From positions 1,054,001 to 1,118,000 of the forward strand of contig OZ237735.1 in assembly GCA_965178125.1 (NCBI GenBank): a DNA stretch of 64,000 bases. The letters are read 5' to 3'. Positions within the stretch are counted from its first letter, which is position 1. The number at the start of each line of letters is the position of its first letter. Both the position numbers and the translations under genes were made by a program. Below are positions 15,001-30,000 of the stretch, in pieces. The notes under the pieces are model-generated. The model was given only the letters and a program-made list of their open reading frames with translations, was not told the origin of the DNA and made no database searches. Source of the DNA: Bilabrum cf. latius (Eukaryota).

Positions 15001-18000
15001 CCCGTCACATCCACGTCGGACGTGCCAGAGCCCACAGTCACCGCGCCCGACGAGTCAAGCGACGAAGACCCAGACAGCACGCTCACGCCGCCAGATGCAG
15101 CCGACACCGCCGCGCCCGAGCCCACAGTCACCACGCCAGACACCGCGTTCGTCGACGCGCCCGACGCCACGCTCACCGCGCCCGATGACGCGGATGCCGC
15201 ATCGCCAGACCGCACAGTCACCGCGCCCGTCACATCCTTGTCAGACACGCCCGACAGCACGCTCACGCCGCCAGATGCAGCCGACACCGCCGCGCCCGAG
15301 CCCACAGTCACCACGCCAGACACCGCGTTCGTCGATGCACCCGACGCCACGCTCACCGCGCCCGATGACGCGGATGCCGCATCGCCGGACCGCACAGTCA
15401 CCGCGCCCGTCACATCCACGTCGGACGTGCCAGAGCCCACAGTCACCGCGCCCGACGAGTCAAGCGACGAAGACCCAGACAGCACGCTCACGCCGCCAGA
15501 TGCAGCCGACACCGCCGCGCCCGAGCCCACAGTCACCACGCCAGACACCGCGTTCGTCGATGCGCCCGACGCCACGCTCACCGCGCCCGATGACGCGGAT
15601 GCCGCATCGCCAGACCGCACAGTCACCGTGCCCGTCACATCCACGTCGGACGTGCCAGAGCCCACAGTCACCGCGCCCGACGAGTCAAGCGACGAAGACC
15701 CAGACAGCACGCTCACGCCGCCAGATGCAGCCGACACCGCCGCGCCCGAGCCCACAGTCACCACGCCAGACACCGCGTTCGTCGATGCGCCCGACGCCAC
15801 GCTCACCGCGCCCGATGACGCGGATGCCGCATCGCCAGACCGCACAGTCACCGTGCCCGTCACATCCTTGTCAGACACGCCCGACAGCACGCTCACGCCG
15901 CCAGATGCAGCCGACACCGCCGCGCCCGAGCCCACAGTCACCACGCCAGACACCGCGTTCGTCGATGCGCCCGACGCCACGCTCACCGCGCCCGATGACG
16001 CAGATGCCGCATCGCCAGACCGCACAGTCACCGTGCCCGTCACATCCACGTCGGACGTGCCAGAGCCCACAGTCACCGCGCCCGACGAGTCAAGCGACGA
16101 AGACCCAGACAGCACGCTCACGCCGCCAGATGCAGCCGACACCGCCGCGCCCGAGCCCACAGTCACCACGCCAGACACCGCGTTCGTCGATGCGCCCGAC
16201 GCCACGCTCACCGCGCCCGATGACGCGGATGCCGCATCGCCAGACCGCACAGTCACCGTGCCCGTCACATCCTTGTCAGACACGCCCGACAGCACGCTCA
16301 CGCCGCCAGATGCAGCCGACACCGCCGCGCCCGAGCCCACAGTCACCACGCCAGACACCGCGTTCGTCGATGCGCCCGACGCCACGCTCACCGCGCCCGA
16401 TGACGCAGATGCCGCATCGCCAGACCGCACAGTCACCGCGCCCGTCACATCCACGTCGGACGTGCCAGAGCCCACAGTCACCGCGCCCGACGAGTCAAGC
16501 GACGAAGACCCAGACAGCACGCTCACGCCGCCAGATGCAGCCGACACCGCCGCGCCCGAGCCCACAGTCACCACGCCAGACACCGCGTTCGTCGATGCGC
16601 CCGACGCCACGCTCACCGCGCCCGATGACGCTGATGCCGCATCGCCAGACCGCACAGTCACCGCGCCCGTCACATCCTTGTCAGACACGCCCGACAGCAC
16701 GCTCACGCCGCCAGATGCAGCCGACACCGCCGCGCCCGAGCCCACAGTCACCACGCCAGACACCGCGTTCGTCGATGCGCCCGACGCCACGCTCACCGCG
16801 CCCGATGACGCGGATGCCGCATCGCCAGACCGCACAGTCACCGCGCCCGTCACATCCTTGTCAGACACGCCCGACAGCACGCTCACGCCGCCAGATGCAG
16901 CCGACACCGCCGCGCCCGATCCCACAGTCACCACGCCAGACACCGCGTTCGTCGATGCGCCCGACGCCACGCTCACCGCGCCCGATGACGCGGATGCCGC
17001 ATCGCCAGACCGCACAGTCACCGCGCCCGTCACATCCACGTCGGACGTGCCAGAGCCCACAGTCACCGCGCCCGACGAGTCAAGCGACGAAGACCCAGAC
17101 AGCACGCTCACGCCGCCAGATGCAGCCGACACCGCCGCGCCCGATCCCACAGTCACCACGCCAGACACCGCGTTCGTCGATGCGCCCGACGCCACGCTCA
17201 CCGCGCCCGATGACGCTGATGCCGCATCGCCAGACCGCACAGTCACCGCGCCCGTCACATCCTTGTCAGACACGCCCGACAGCACGCTCACGCCGCCAGA
17301 TGCAGCCGACACCGCCGCGCCCGAGCCCACAGTCACCACGCCAGACACCGCGTTCGTCGATGCGCCCGACGCCACGCTCACCGCGCCCGATGACGCGGAT
17401 GCCGCATCGCCAGACCGCACAGTCACCGCGCCCGTCACATCCTTGTCAGACACGCCCGACAGCACGCTCACGCCGCCAGATGCAGCCGACACCGCCGCGC
17501 CCGAGCCCACAGTCACCACGCCAGACACCGCGTTCGTTGATGCGCCCGACGCCACGCTCACCGCGCCCGATGACGCGGATGCCGCATCGCCAGACCGCAC
17601 AGTCACCGTGCCCGTCACATCCTTGTCAGACACGCCCGACAGCACGCTCACGCCGCCAGATGCAGCCGACACCGCCGCGCCCGAGCCCACAGTCACCACG
17701 CCAGACACCGCGTTCGTCGATGCGCCCGACGCCACGCTCACCGCGCCCGATGACGCAGATGCCGCATCGCCAGACCGCACAGTCACCGTGCCCGTCACAT
17801 CCTTGTCAGACACGCCCGACAGCACGCTCACGCCGCCAGATGCAGCCGACACCGCCGCGCCCGAGCCCACAGTCACCACGCCAGACACCGCGTTCGTCGA
17901 TGCGCCCGACGCCACGCTCACCGCGCCCGATGACGCGGATGCCGCATCGCCAGACCGCACAGTCACCGCGCCCGTCACATCCACGTCGGACGTGCCAGAG

Positions 18001-21000
18001 CCCACAGTCACCGCGCCCGACGAGTCAAGCGACGAAGACCCAGACAGCACGCTCACGCCGCCAGATGCAGCCGACACCGCCGCGCCCGATCCCACAGTCA
18101 CCACGCCAGACACCGCGTTCGTCGATGCGCCCGACGCCACGCTCACCGCGCCCGATGACGCTGATGCCGCATCGCCAGACCGCACAGTCACCGTGCCCGT
18201 CACATCCTTGTCAGACACGCCCGACAGCACGCTCACGCCGCCAGATGCAGCCGACACCGCCGCGCCCGAGCCCACAGTCACCACGCCAGACACCGCGTTC
18301 GTCGATGCGCCCGACGCCACGCTCACCGCGCCCGATGACGCGGATGCCGCATCGCCAGACCGCACAGTCACCGCGCCCGTCACATCCACGTCGGACGTGC
18401 CAGAGCCCACAGTCACCGCGCCCGACGAGTCAAGCGACGAAGACCCAGACAGCACGCTCACGCCGCCAGATGCAGCCGACACCGCCGCGCCCGATCCCAC
18501 AGTCACCACGCCAGACACCGCGTTCGTCGATGCGCCCGACGCCACGCTCACCGCGCCCGATGACGCTGATGCCGCATCGCCAGACCGCACAGTCACCGCG
18601 CCCGTCACATCCTTGTCAGACACGCCCGACAGCACGCTCACGCCGCCAGATGCAGCCGACACCGCCGCGCCCGATCCCACAGTCACCACGCCAGACACCG
18701 CGTTCGTCGATGCGCCCGACGCCACGCTCACCGCGCCCGATGACGCGGATGCCGCATCGCCAGACCGCACAGTCACCGTGCCCGTCACATCCACGTCGGA
18801 CGTGCCAGAGCCCACAGTCACCGCGCCCGACGAGTCAAGCGACGAAGACCCAGACAGCACGCTCACGCCGCCAGATGCAGCCGACACCGCCGCGCCCGAT
18901 CCCACAGTCACCACGCCAGACACCGCGTTCGTCGATGCGCCCGACGCCACGCTCACCGCGCCCGATGACGCTGATGCCGCATCGCCAGACCGCACAGTCA
19001 CCGTGCCCGTCACATCCTTGTCAGACACGCCCGACAGCACGCTCACGCCGCCAGATGCAGCCGACACCGCCGCGCCCGAGCCCACAGTCACCACGCCAGA
19101 CACCGCGTTCGTCGATGCGCCCGACGCCACGCTCACCGCGCCCGATGACGCGGATGCCGCATCGCCAGACCGCACAGTCACCGCGCCCGTCACATCCTTG
19201 TCAGACACGCCCGACAGCACGCTCACGCCGCCAGATGCAGCCGACACCGCCGCGCCCGAGCCCACAGTCACCACGCCAGACACCGCGTTCGTTGATGCGC
19301 CCGACGCCACGCTCACCGCGCCCGATGACGCGGATGCCGCATCGCCAGACCGCACAGTCACCGTGCCCGTCACATCCTTGTCAGACACGCCCGACAGCAC
19401 GCTCACGCCGCCAGATGCAGCCGACACCGCCGCGCCCGAGCCCACAGTCACCACGCCAGACACCGCGTTCGTCGATGCGCCCGACGCCACGCTCACCGCG
19501 CCCGATGACGCAGATGCCGCATCGCCAGACCGCACAGTCACCGTGCCCGTCACATCCTTGTCAGACACGCCCGACAGCACGCTCACGCCGCCAGATGCAG
19601 CCGACACCGCCGCGCCCGAGCCCACAGTCACCACGCCAGACACCGCGTTCGTCGATGCGCCCGACGCCACGCTCACCGCGCCCGATGACGCGGATGCCGC
19701 ATCGCCAGACCGCACAGTCACCGCGCCCGTCACATCCACGTCGGACGTGCCAGAGCCCACAGTCACCGCGCCCGACGAGTCAAGCGACGAAGACCCAGAC
19801 AGCACGCTCACGCCGCCAGATGCAGCCGACACCGCCGCGCCCGATCCCACAGTCACCACGCCAGACACCGCGTTCGTCGATGCGCCCGACGCCACGCTCA
19901 CCGCGCCCGATGACGCTGATGCCGCATCGCCAGACCGCACAGTCACCGTGCCCGTCACATCCTTGTCAGACACGCCCGACAGCACGCTCACGCCGCCAGA
20001 TGCAGCCGACACCGCCGCGCCCGAGCCCACAGTCACCACGCCAGACACCGCGTTCGTCGATGCGCCCGACGCCACGCTCACCGCGCCCGATGACGCGGAT
20101 GCCGCATCGCCAGACCGCACAGTCACCGCGCCCGTCACATCCACGTCGGACGTGCCAGAGCCCACAGTCACCGCGCCCGACGAGTCAAGCGACGAAGACC
20201 CAGACAGCACGCTCACGCCGCCAGATGCAGCCGACACCGCCGCGCCCGATCCCACAGTCACCACGCCAGACACCGCGTTCGTCGATGCGCCCGACGCCAC
20301 GCTCACCGCGCCCGATGACGCTGATGCCGCATCGCCAGACCGCACAGTCACCGCGCCCGTCACATCCTTGTCAGACACGCCCGACAGCACGCTCACGCCG
20401 CCAGATGCAGCCGACACCGCCGCGCCCGATCCCACAGTCACCACGCCAGACACCGCGTTCGTCGATGCGCCCGACGCCACGCTCACCGCGCCCGATGACG
20501 CGGATGCCGCATCGCCAGACCGCACAGTCACCGTGCCCGTCACATCCACGTCGGACGTGCCAGAGCCCACAGTCACCGCGCCCGACGAGTCAAGCGACGA
20601 AGACCCAGACAGCACGCTCACGCCGCCAGATGCAGCCGACACCGCCGCGCCCGATCCCACAGTCACCACGCCAGACACCGCGTTCGTCGATGCGCCCGAC
20701 GCCACGCTCACCGCGCCCGATGACGCGGATGCCGCATCGCCAGACCGCACAGTCACCGTGCCCGTCACATCCTTGTCAGACACGCCCGACAGCACGCTCA
20801 CGCCGCCAGATGCAGCCGACACCGCCGCGCCCGATCCCACAGTCACCACGCCAGACACCGCGTTCGTCGATGCGCCCGACGCCACGCTCACCGCGCCCGA
20901 TGACGCTGATGCCGCATCGCCAGACCGCACAGTCACCGTGCCCGTCACATCCTTGTCAGACACGCCCGACAGCACGCTCACGCCGCCAGATGCAGCCGAC

Positions 21001-24000
21001 ACCGCCGCGCCCGAGCCCACAGTCACCACGCCAGACACCGCGTTCGTCGATGCGCCCGACGCCACGCTCACCGCGCCCGATGACGCGGATGCCGCATCGC
21101 CAGACCGCACAGTCACCGCGCCCGTCACATCCACGTCGGACGTGCCAGAGCCCACAGTCACCGCGCCCGACGAGTCAAGCGACGAAGACCCAGACAGCAC
21201 GCTCACGCCGCCAGATGCAGCCGACACCGCCGCGCCCGATCCCACAGTCACCACGCCAGACACCGCGTTCGTCGATGCGCCCGACGCCACGCTCACCGCG
21301 CCCGATGACGCGGATGCCGCATCGCCAGACCGCACAGTCACCGTGCCCGTCACATCCACGTCGGACGTGCCAGAGCCCACAGTCACCGCGCCCGACGAGT
21401 CCAGCGACGAAGACCCAGACAGCACGCTCACGCCGCCAGATGCAGCCGACACCGCCGCGCCCGAGCCCACAGTCACCACGCCAGACACCGCGTTCGTCGA
21501 TGCGCCCGACGCCACGCTCACCGCGCCCGATGACGCTGATGCCGCATCGCCAGACCGCACAGTCACCGTGCCCGTCACATCCTTGTCAGACACGCCCGAC
21601 AGCACGCTCACGCCGCCAGATGCAGCCGACACCGCCGCGCCCGATCCCACAGTCACCACGCCAGACACCGCGTTCGTCGATGCGCCCGACGCCACGCTCA
21701 CCGCGCCCGATGACGCGGATGCCGCATCGCCAGACCGCACAGTCACCGCGCCCGTCACATCCACGTCGGACGTGCCAGAGCCCACAGTCACCGCGCCCGA
21801 CGAGTCAAGCGACGAAGACCCAGACAGCACGCTCACGCCGCCAGATGCAGCCGACACCGCCGCGCCCGAGCCCACAGTCACCACGCCAGACACCGCGTTC
21901 GTCGATGCGCCCGACGCCACGCTCACCGCGCCCGATGACGCGGATGCCGCATCGCCAGACCGCACAGTCACCGTGCCCGTCACATCCTTGTCAGACACGC
22001 CCGACAGCACGCTCACGCCGCCAGATGCAGCCGACACCGCCGCGCCCGATCCCACAGTCACCACGCCAGACACCGCGTTCGTCGATGCGCCCGACGCCAC
22101 GCTCACCGCGCCCGATGACGCTGATGCCGCATCGCCAGACCGCACAGTCACCGTGCCCGTCACATCCTTGTCAGACACGCCCGACAGCACGCTCACGCCG
22201 CCAGATGCAGCCGACACCGCCGCGCCCGATCCCACAGTCACCACGCCAGACACCGCGTTCGTCGATGCGCCCGACGCCACGCTCACCGCGCCCGATGACG
22301 CGGATGCCGCATCGCCAGACCGCACAGTCACCGTGCCCGTCACATCCACGTCGGACGTGCCAGAGCCCACAGTCACCGCGCCCGACGAGTCAAGCGACGA
22401 AGACCCAGACAGCACGCTCACGCCGCCAGATGCAGCCGACACCGCCGCGCCCGAGCCCACAGTCACCACGCCAGACACCGCGTTCGTCGATGCGCCCGAC
22501 GCCACGCTCACCGCGCCCGATGACGCGGATGCCGCATCGCCAGACCGCACAGTCACCGTGCCCGTCACATCCACGTCGGACGTGCCAGAGCCCACAGTCA
22601 CCGCGCCCGACGAGTCAAGCGACGAAGACCCAGACAGCACGCTCACGCCGCCAGATGCAGCCGACACCGCCGCGCCCGAGCCCACAGTCACCACGCCAGA
22701 CACCGCGTTCGTCGATGCGCCCGACGCCACGCTCACCGCGCCCGATGACGCTGATGCCGCATCGCCAGACCGCACAGTCACCGTGCCCGTCACATCCTTG
22801 TCAGACACGCCCGACAGCACGCTCACGCCGCCAGATGCAGCCGACACCGCCGCGCCCGATCCCACAGTCACCACGCCAGACACCGCGTTCGTCGATGCGC
22901 CCGACGCCACGCTCACCGCGCCCGATGACGCGGATGCCGCATCGCCAGACCGCACAGTCACCGCGCCCGTCACATCCACGTCGGACGTGCCAGAGCCCAC
23001 AGTCACCGCGCCCGACGAGTCAAGCGACGAAGACCCAGACAGCACGCTCACGCCGCCAGATGCAGCCGACACCGCCGCGCCCGAGCCCACAGTCACCACG
23101 CCAGACACCGCGTTCGTCGATGCGCCCGACGCCACGCTCACCGCGCCCGATGACGCGGATGCCGCATCGCCAGACCGCACAGTCACCGCGCCCGTCACAT
23201 CCACGTCGGACGTGCCAGAGCCCACAGTCACCGCGCCCGACGAGTCAAGCGACGAAGACCCAGACAGCACGCTCACGCCGCCAGATGCAGCCGACACCGC
23301 CGCGCCCGAGCCCACAGTCACCACGCCAGACACCGCGTTCGTCGATGCGCCCGACGCCACGCTCACCGCGCCCGATGACGCGGATGCCGCATCGCCAGAC
23401 CGCACAGTCACCGCGCCCGTCACATCCACGTCGGACGTGCCAGAGCCCACAGTCACCGCGCCCGACGAGTCAAGCGACGAAGACCCAGACAGCACGCTCA
23501 CGCCGCCAGATGCAGCCGACACCGCCGCGCCCGAGCCCACAGTCACCACGCCAGACACCGCGTTCGTCGATGCGCCCGACGCCACGCTCACCGCGCCCGA
23601 TGACGCTGATGCCGCATCGCCAGACCGCACAGTCACCGCGCCCGTCACATCCACGTCGGACGTGCCAGAGCCCACAGTCACCGCGCCCGACGAGTCAAGC
23701 GACGAAGACCCAGACAGCACGCTCACGCCGCCAGATGCAGCCGACACCGCCGCGCCCGAGCCCACAGTCACCTCGCCAGACACCGCGTTCGTCGATGCGC
23801 CCGACGCCACGCTCACCGCGCCCGATGACGCGGATGCCGCATCGCCAGACCGCACAGTCACCGCGCCCGTCACATCCTTGTCAGACACGCCCGACAGCAC
23901 GCTCACGCCGCCAGATGCAGCCGACACCGCCGCGCCCGAGCCCACAGTCACCACGCCAGACACCGCGTTCGTCGATGCGCCCGACGCCACGCTCACCGCG

Positions 24001-27000
24001 CCCGATGACGCGGATGCCGCATCGCCAGACCGCACAGTCACCGTGCCCGTCACATCCACGTCGGACGTGCCAGAGCCCACAGTCACCGCGCCCGACGAGT
24101 CAAGCGACGAAGACCCAGACAGCACGCTCACGCCGCCAGATGCAGCCGACACCGCCGCGCCCGAGCCCACAGTCACCACGCCAGACACCGCGTTCGTCGA
24201 TGCGCCCGACGCCACGCTCACCGCGCCCGATGACGCTGATGCCGCATCGCCAGACCGCACAGTCACCGCGCCCGTCACATCCACGTCGGACGTGCCAGAG
24301 CCCACAGTCACCGCGCCCGACGAGTCAAGCGACGAAGACCCAGACAGCACGCTCACGCCGCCAGATGCAGCCGACACCGCCGCGCCCGAGCCCACAGTCA
24401 CCACGCCAGACACCGCGTTCGTCGATGCGCCCGACGCCACGCTCACCGCGCCCGATGACGCGGATGCCGCATCGCCAGACCGCACAGTCACCGTGCCCGT
24501 CACATCCTTGTCAGACACGCCCGACAGCACGCTCACGCCGCCAGATGCAGCCGACACCGCCGCGCCCGATCCCACAGTCACCACGCCAGACACCGCGTTC
24601 GTCGATGCGCCCGACGCCACGCTCACCGCGCCCGATGACGCGGATGCCGCATCGCCAGACCGCACAGTCACCGCGCCCGTCACATCCACGTCGGACGTGC
24701 CAGAGCCCACAGTCACCACGCCCGACGAGTCAAGCGACGAAGACCCAGACAGCACGCTCACGCCGCCAGATGCAGCCGACACCGCCGCGCCCGAGCCCAC
24801 AGTCACCACGCCAGACACCGCGTTCGTCGATGCGCCCGACGCCACGCTCACCGCGCCCGATGACGCGGATGCCGCATCGCCAGACCGCACAGTCACCGCG
24901 CCCGTCACATCCACGTCGGACGTGCCAGAGCCCACAGTCACCGCGCCCGACGAGTCAAGCGACGAAGACCCAGACAGCACGCTCACGCCGCCAGATGCAG
25001 CCGACACCGCCGCGCCCGAGCCCACAGTCACCACGCCAGACACCGCGTTCGTCGATGCGCCCGACGCCACGCTCACCGCGCCCGATGACGCTGATGCCGC
25101 ATCGCCAGACCGCACAGTCACCGCGCCCGTCACATCCTTGTCAGACACGCCCGACAGCACGCTCACGCCGCCAGATGCAGCCGACACCGCCGCGCCCGAG
25201 CCCACAGTCACCACGCCAGACACCGCGTTCGTCGATGCGCCCGACGCCACGCTCACCGCGCCCGATGACGCTGATGCCGCATCGCCAGACCGCACAGTCA
25301 CCGCGCCCGTCACATCCTTGTCAGACACGCCCGACAGCACGCTCACGCCGCCAGATGCAGCCGACACCGCCGCGCCCGATCCCACAGTCACCACGCCAGA
25401 CACCGCGTTCGTCGATGCGCCCGACGCCACGCTCACCGCGCCCGATGACGCGGATGCCGCATCGCCAGACCGCACAGTCACCGCGCCCGTCACATCCTTG
25501 TCAGACACGCCCGACAGCACGCTCACGCCGCCAGATGCAGCCGACACCGCCGCGCCCGAGCCCACAGTCACCACGCCAGACACCGCGTTCGTCGATGCGC
25601 CCGACGCCACGCTCACCGCGCCCGATGACGCTGATGCCGCATCGCCAGACCGCACAGTCACCGTGCCCGTCACATCCTTGTCAGACACGCCCGACAGCAC
25701 GCTCACGCCGCCAGATGCAGCCGACACCGCCGCGCCCGATCCCACAGTCACCACGCCAGACACCGCGTTCGTCGATGCGCCCGACGCCACGCTCACCGCG
25801 CCCGATGACGCTGATGCCGCATCGCCAGACCGCACAGTCACCGCGCCCGTCACATCCACGTCGGACGTGCCAGAGCCCACAGTCACCGCGCCCGACGAGT
25901 CAAGCGACGAAGACCCAGACAGCACGCTCACGCCGCCAGATGCAGCCGACACCGCCGCGCCCGATCCCACAGTCACCACGCCAGACACCGCGTTCGTCGA
26001 TGCGCCCGACGCCACGCTCACTGCGCCCGATGACGCAGATGCCGCATCGCCAGACCGCACAGTCACCGCGCCCGTCACATCCACGTCGGACGTGCCAGAG
26101 CCCACAGTCACCGCGCCCGACGAGTCAAGCGACGAAGACCCAGACAGCACGCTCACGCCGCCAGATGCAGCCGACACCGCCGCGCCCGAGCCCACAGTCA
26201 CCACGCCAGACACCGCGTTCGTCGATGCGCCCGACGCCACGCTCACCGCGCCCGATGACGCAGATGCCGCATCGCCAGACCGCACAGTCACCGCGCCCGT
26301 CACATCCACGTCGGACGTGCCAGAGCCCACAGTCACCGCGCCCGACGAGTCAAGCGACGAAGACCCAGACAGCACGCTCACGCCGCCAGATGCAGCCGAC
26401 ACCGCCGCGCCCGAGCCCACAGTCACCACGCCAGACACCGCGTTCGTCGATGCGCCCGACGCCACGCTCACCGCGCCCGATGACGCTGATGCCGCATCGC
26501 CAGACCGCACAGTCACCGCGCCCGTCACATCCTTGTCAGACACGCCCGACAGCACGCTCACGCCGCCAGATGCAGCCGACACCGCCGCGCCCGAGCCCAC
26601 AGTCACCACGCCAGACACCGCGTTCGTCGATGCGCCCGACGCCACGCTCACCGCGCCCGATGACGCTGATGCCGCATCGCCAGACCGCACAGTCACCGCG
26701 CCCGTCACATCCTTGTCAGACACGCCCGACAGCACGCTCACGCCGCCAGATGCAGCCGACACCGCCGCGCCCGATCCCACAGTCACCACGCCAGACACCG
26801 CGTTCGTCGATGCGCCCGACGCCACGCTCACCGCGCCCGATGACGCGGATGCCGCATCGCCAGACCGCACAGTCACCGCGCCCGTCACATCCTTGTCAGA
26901 CACGCCCGACAGCACGCTCACGCCGCCAGATGCAGCCGACACCGCCGCGCCCGAGCCCACAGTCACCACGCCAGACACCGCGTTCGTCGATGCGCCCGAC

Positions 27001-30000
27001 GCCACGCTCACCGCGCCCGATGACGCTGATGCCGCATCGCCAGACCGCACAGTCACCGCGCCCGTCACATCCACGTCGGACGTGCCAGAGCCCACAGTCA
27101 CCGCGCCCGACGAGTCAAGCGACGAAGACCCAGACAGCACGCTCACGCCGCCAGATGCAGCCGACACCGCCGCGCCCGATCCCACAGTCACCACGCCAGA
27201 CACCGCGTTCGTCGATGCGCCCGACGCCACGCTCACCGCGCCCGATGACGCTGATGCCGCATCGCCAGACCGCACAGTCACCGTGCCCGTCACATCCACG
27301 TCGGACGTGCCAGAGCCCACAGTCACCACGCCCGACGAGTCAAGCGACGAAGACCCAGACAGCACGCTCACGCCGCCAGATGCAGCCGACACCGCCGCGC
27401 CCGAGCCCACAGTCACCACGCCAGACACCGCGTTCGTCGATGCGCCCGACGCCACGCTCACCGCGCCCGATGACGCTGATGCCGCATCGCCAGACCGCAC
27501 AGTCACCGTGCCCGTCACATCCACGTCGGACGTGCCAGAGCCCACAGTCACCGCGCCCGACGAGTCAAGCGACGAAGACCCAGACAGCACGCTCACGCCG
27601 CCAGATGCAGCCGACACCGCCGCGCCCGATCCCACAGTCACCACGCCAGACACCGCGTTCGTCGATGCGCCCGACGCCACGCTCACCGCGCCCGATGACG
27701 CGGATGCCGCATCGCCGGACCGCACAGTCACCGCGCCCGTCACATCCACGTCGGACGTGCCAGAGCCCACAGTCACCGCGCCCGACGAGTCAAGCGACGA
27801 AGACCCAGACAGCACGCTCACGCCGCCAGATGCAGCCGACACCGCCGCGCCCGATCCCACAGTCACCACGCCAGACACCGCGTTCGTCGATGCGCCCGAC
27901 GCCACGCTCACCGCGCCCGATGACGCTGATGCCGCATCGCCAGACCGCACAGTCACCGCGCCCGTCACATCCACGTCGGACGTGCCAGAGCCCACAGTCA
28001 CCGCGCCCGACGAGTCAAGCGACGAAGACCCAGACAGCACGCTCACGCCGCCAGATGCAGCCGACACCGCCGCGCCCGATCCCACAGTCACCACGCCAGA
28101 CACCGCGTTCGTCGATGCGCCCGACGCCACGCTCACCGCGCCCGATGACGCTGATGCCGCATCGCCAGACCGCACAGTCACCGCGCCCGTCACATCCACG
28201 TCGGACACGCCCGACAGCACGCTCACGCCGCCAGATGCAGCCGACACCGCCGCGCCCGAGCCCACAGTCACCACGCCAGACACCGCGTTCGTCGATGCGC
28301 CCGACGCCACGCTCACCGCGCCCGATGACGCTGATGCCGCATCGCCAGACCGCACAGTCACCGCGCCCGTCACATCCACGTCGGACGTGCCAGAGCCCAC
28401 AGTCACCGTGCCCGACGAGTCCAGCGACGAAGACCCAGACAGCACGCTCACGCCGCCAGATGCAGCCGACACCGCCGCGCCCGAGCCCACAGTCACCACG
28501 CCAGACACCGCGTTCGTCGATGCGCCCGACGCCACGCTCACCGCGCCCGATGACGCTGATGCCGCATCGCCAGACCGCACAGTCACCGCGCCCGTCACAT
28601 CCACGTCGGACACGCCCGACAGCACGCTCACGCCGCCAGATGCAGCCGACACCGCCGCGCCCGAGCCCACAGTCACCACGCCAGACACCGCGTTCGTCGA
28701 TGCGCCCGACGCCACGCTCACCGCGCCCGATGACGCGGATGCCGCATCGCCAGACCGCACAGTCACCGCGCCCGTCACATCCTTGTCAGACACGCCCGAC
28801 AGCACGCTCACGCCGCCAGATGCAGCCGACACCGCCGCGCCCGAGCCCACAGTCACCACGCCAGACACCGCGTTCGTCGATGCGCCCGACGCCACGCTCA
28901 CCGCGCCCGATGACGCGGATGCCGCATCGCCGGACCGCACAGTCACCGTGCCCGTCACATCCTTGTCAGACACGCCCGACAGCACGCTCACGCCGCCAGA
29001 TGCAGCCGACACCGCCGCGCCCGATCCCACAGTTACCACGCCAGACACCGCGTTCGTCGATGCGCCCGACGCCACGCTCACCGCGCCCGATGACGCGGAT
29101 GCCGCATCGCCGGACCGCACAGTCACCGCGCCCGTCACATCCACGTCGGACGTGCCAGAGCCCACAGTCACCACGCCCGACGAGTCAAGCGACGAAGACC
29201 CAGACAGCACGCTCACGCCGCCAGATGCAGCCGACACCGCCGCGCCCGATCCCACAGTCACCACGCCAGACACCGCGTTCGTCGATGCGCCCGACGCCAC
29301 GCTCACCGCGCCCGATGACGCTGATGCCGCATCGCCAGACCGCACAGTCACCGCGCCCGTCACATCCTTGTCAGACACGCCCGACAGCACGCTCACGCCG
29401 CCAGATGCAGCCGACACCGCCGCGCCCGATCCCACAGTCACCACGCCAGACACCGCGTTCGTCGATGCGCCCGACGCCACGCTCACCGCGCCCGATGACG
29501 CGGATGCCGCATCGCCGGACCGCACAGTCACCGCGCCCGTCACATCCTTGTCAGACACGCCCGACAGCACGCTCACGCCGCCAGATGCAGCCGACACCGC
29601 CGCGCCCGAGCCCACAGTTACCACGCCAGACACCGCGTTCGTCGACGCGCCCGACGCCACGCTCACCGCGCCCGATGACGCGGATGCCGCATCGCCAGAC
29701 CGCACAGTCACCGCGCCCGTCACATCCACGTCGGACGTGCCAGAGCCCACAGTCACCACGCCCGACGAGTCAAGCGACGAAGACCCAGACAGCACGCTCA
29801 CGCCGCCAGATGCAGCCGACACCGCCGCGCCCGATCCCACAGTCACCACGCCAGACACCGCGTTCGTCGATGCGCCCGACGCCACGCTCACCGCGCCCGA
29901 TGACGCTGATGCCGCATCGCCAGACCGCACAGTCACCGCGCCCGTCACATCCTTGTCAGACACGCCCGACAGCACGCTCACGCCGCCCGATGCAGCCGAC

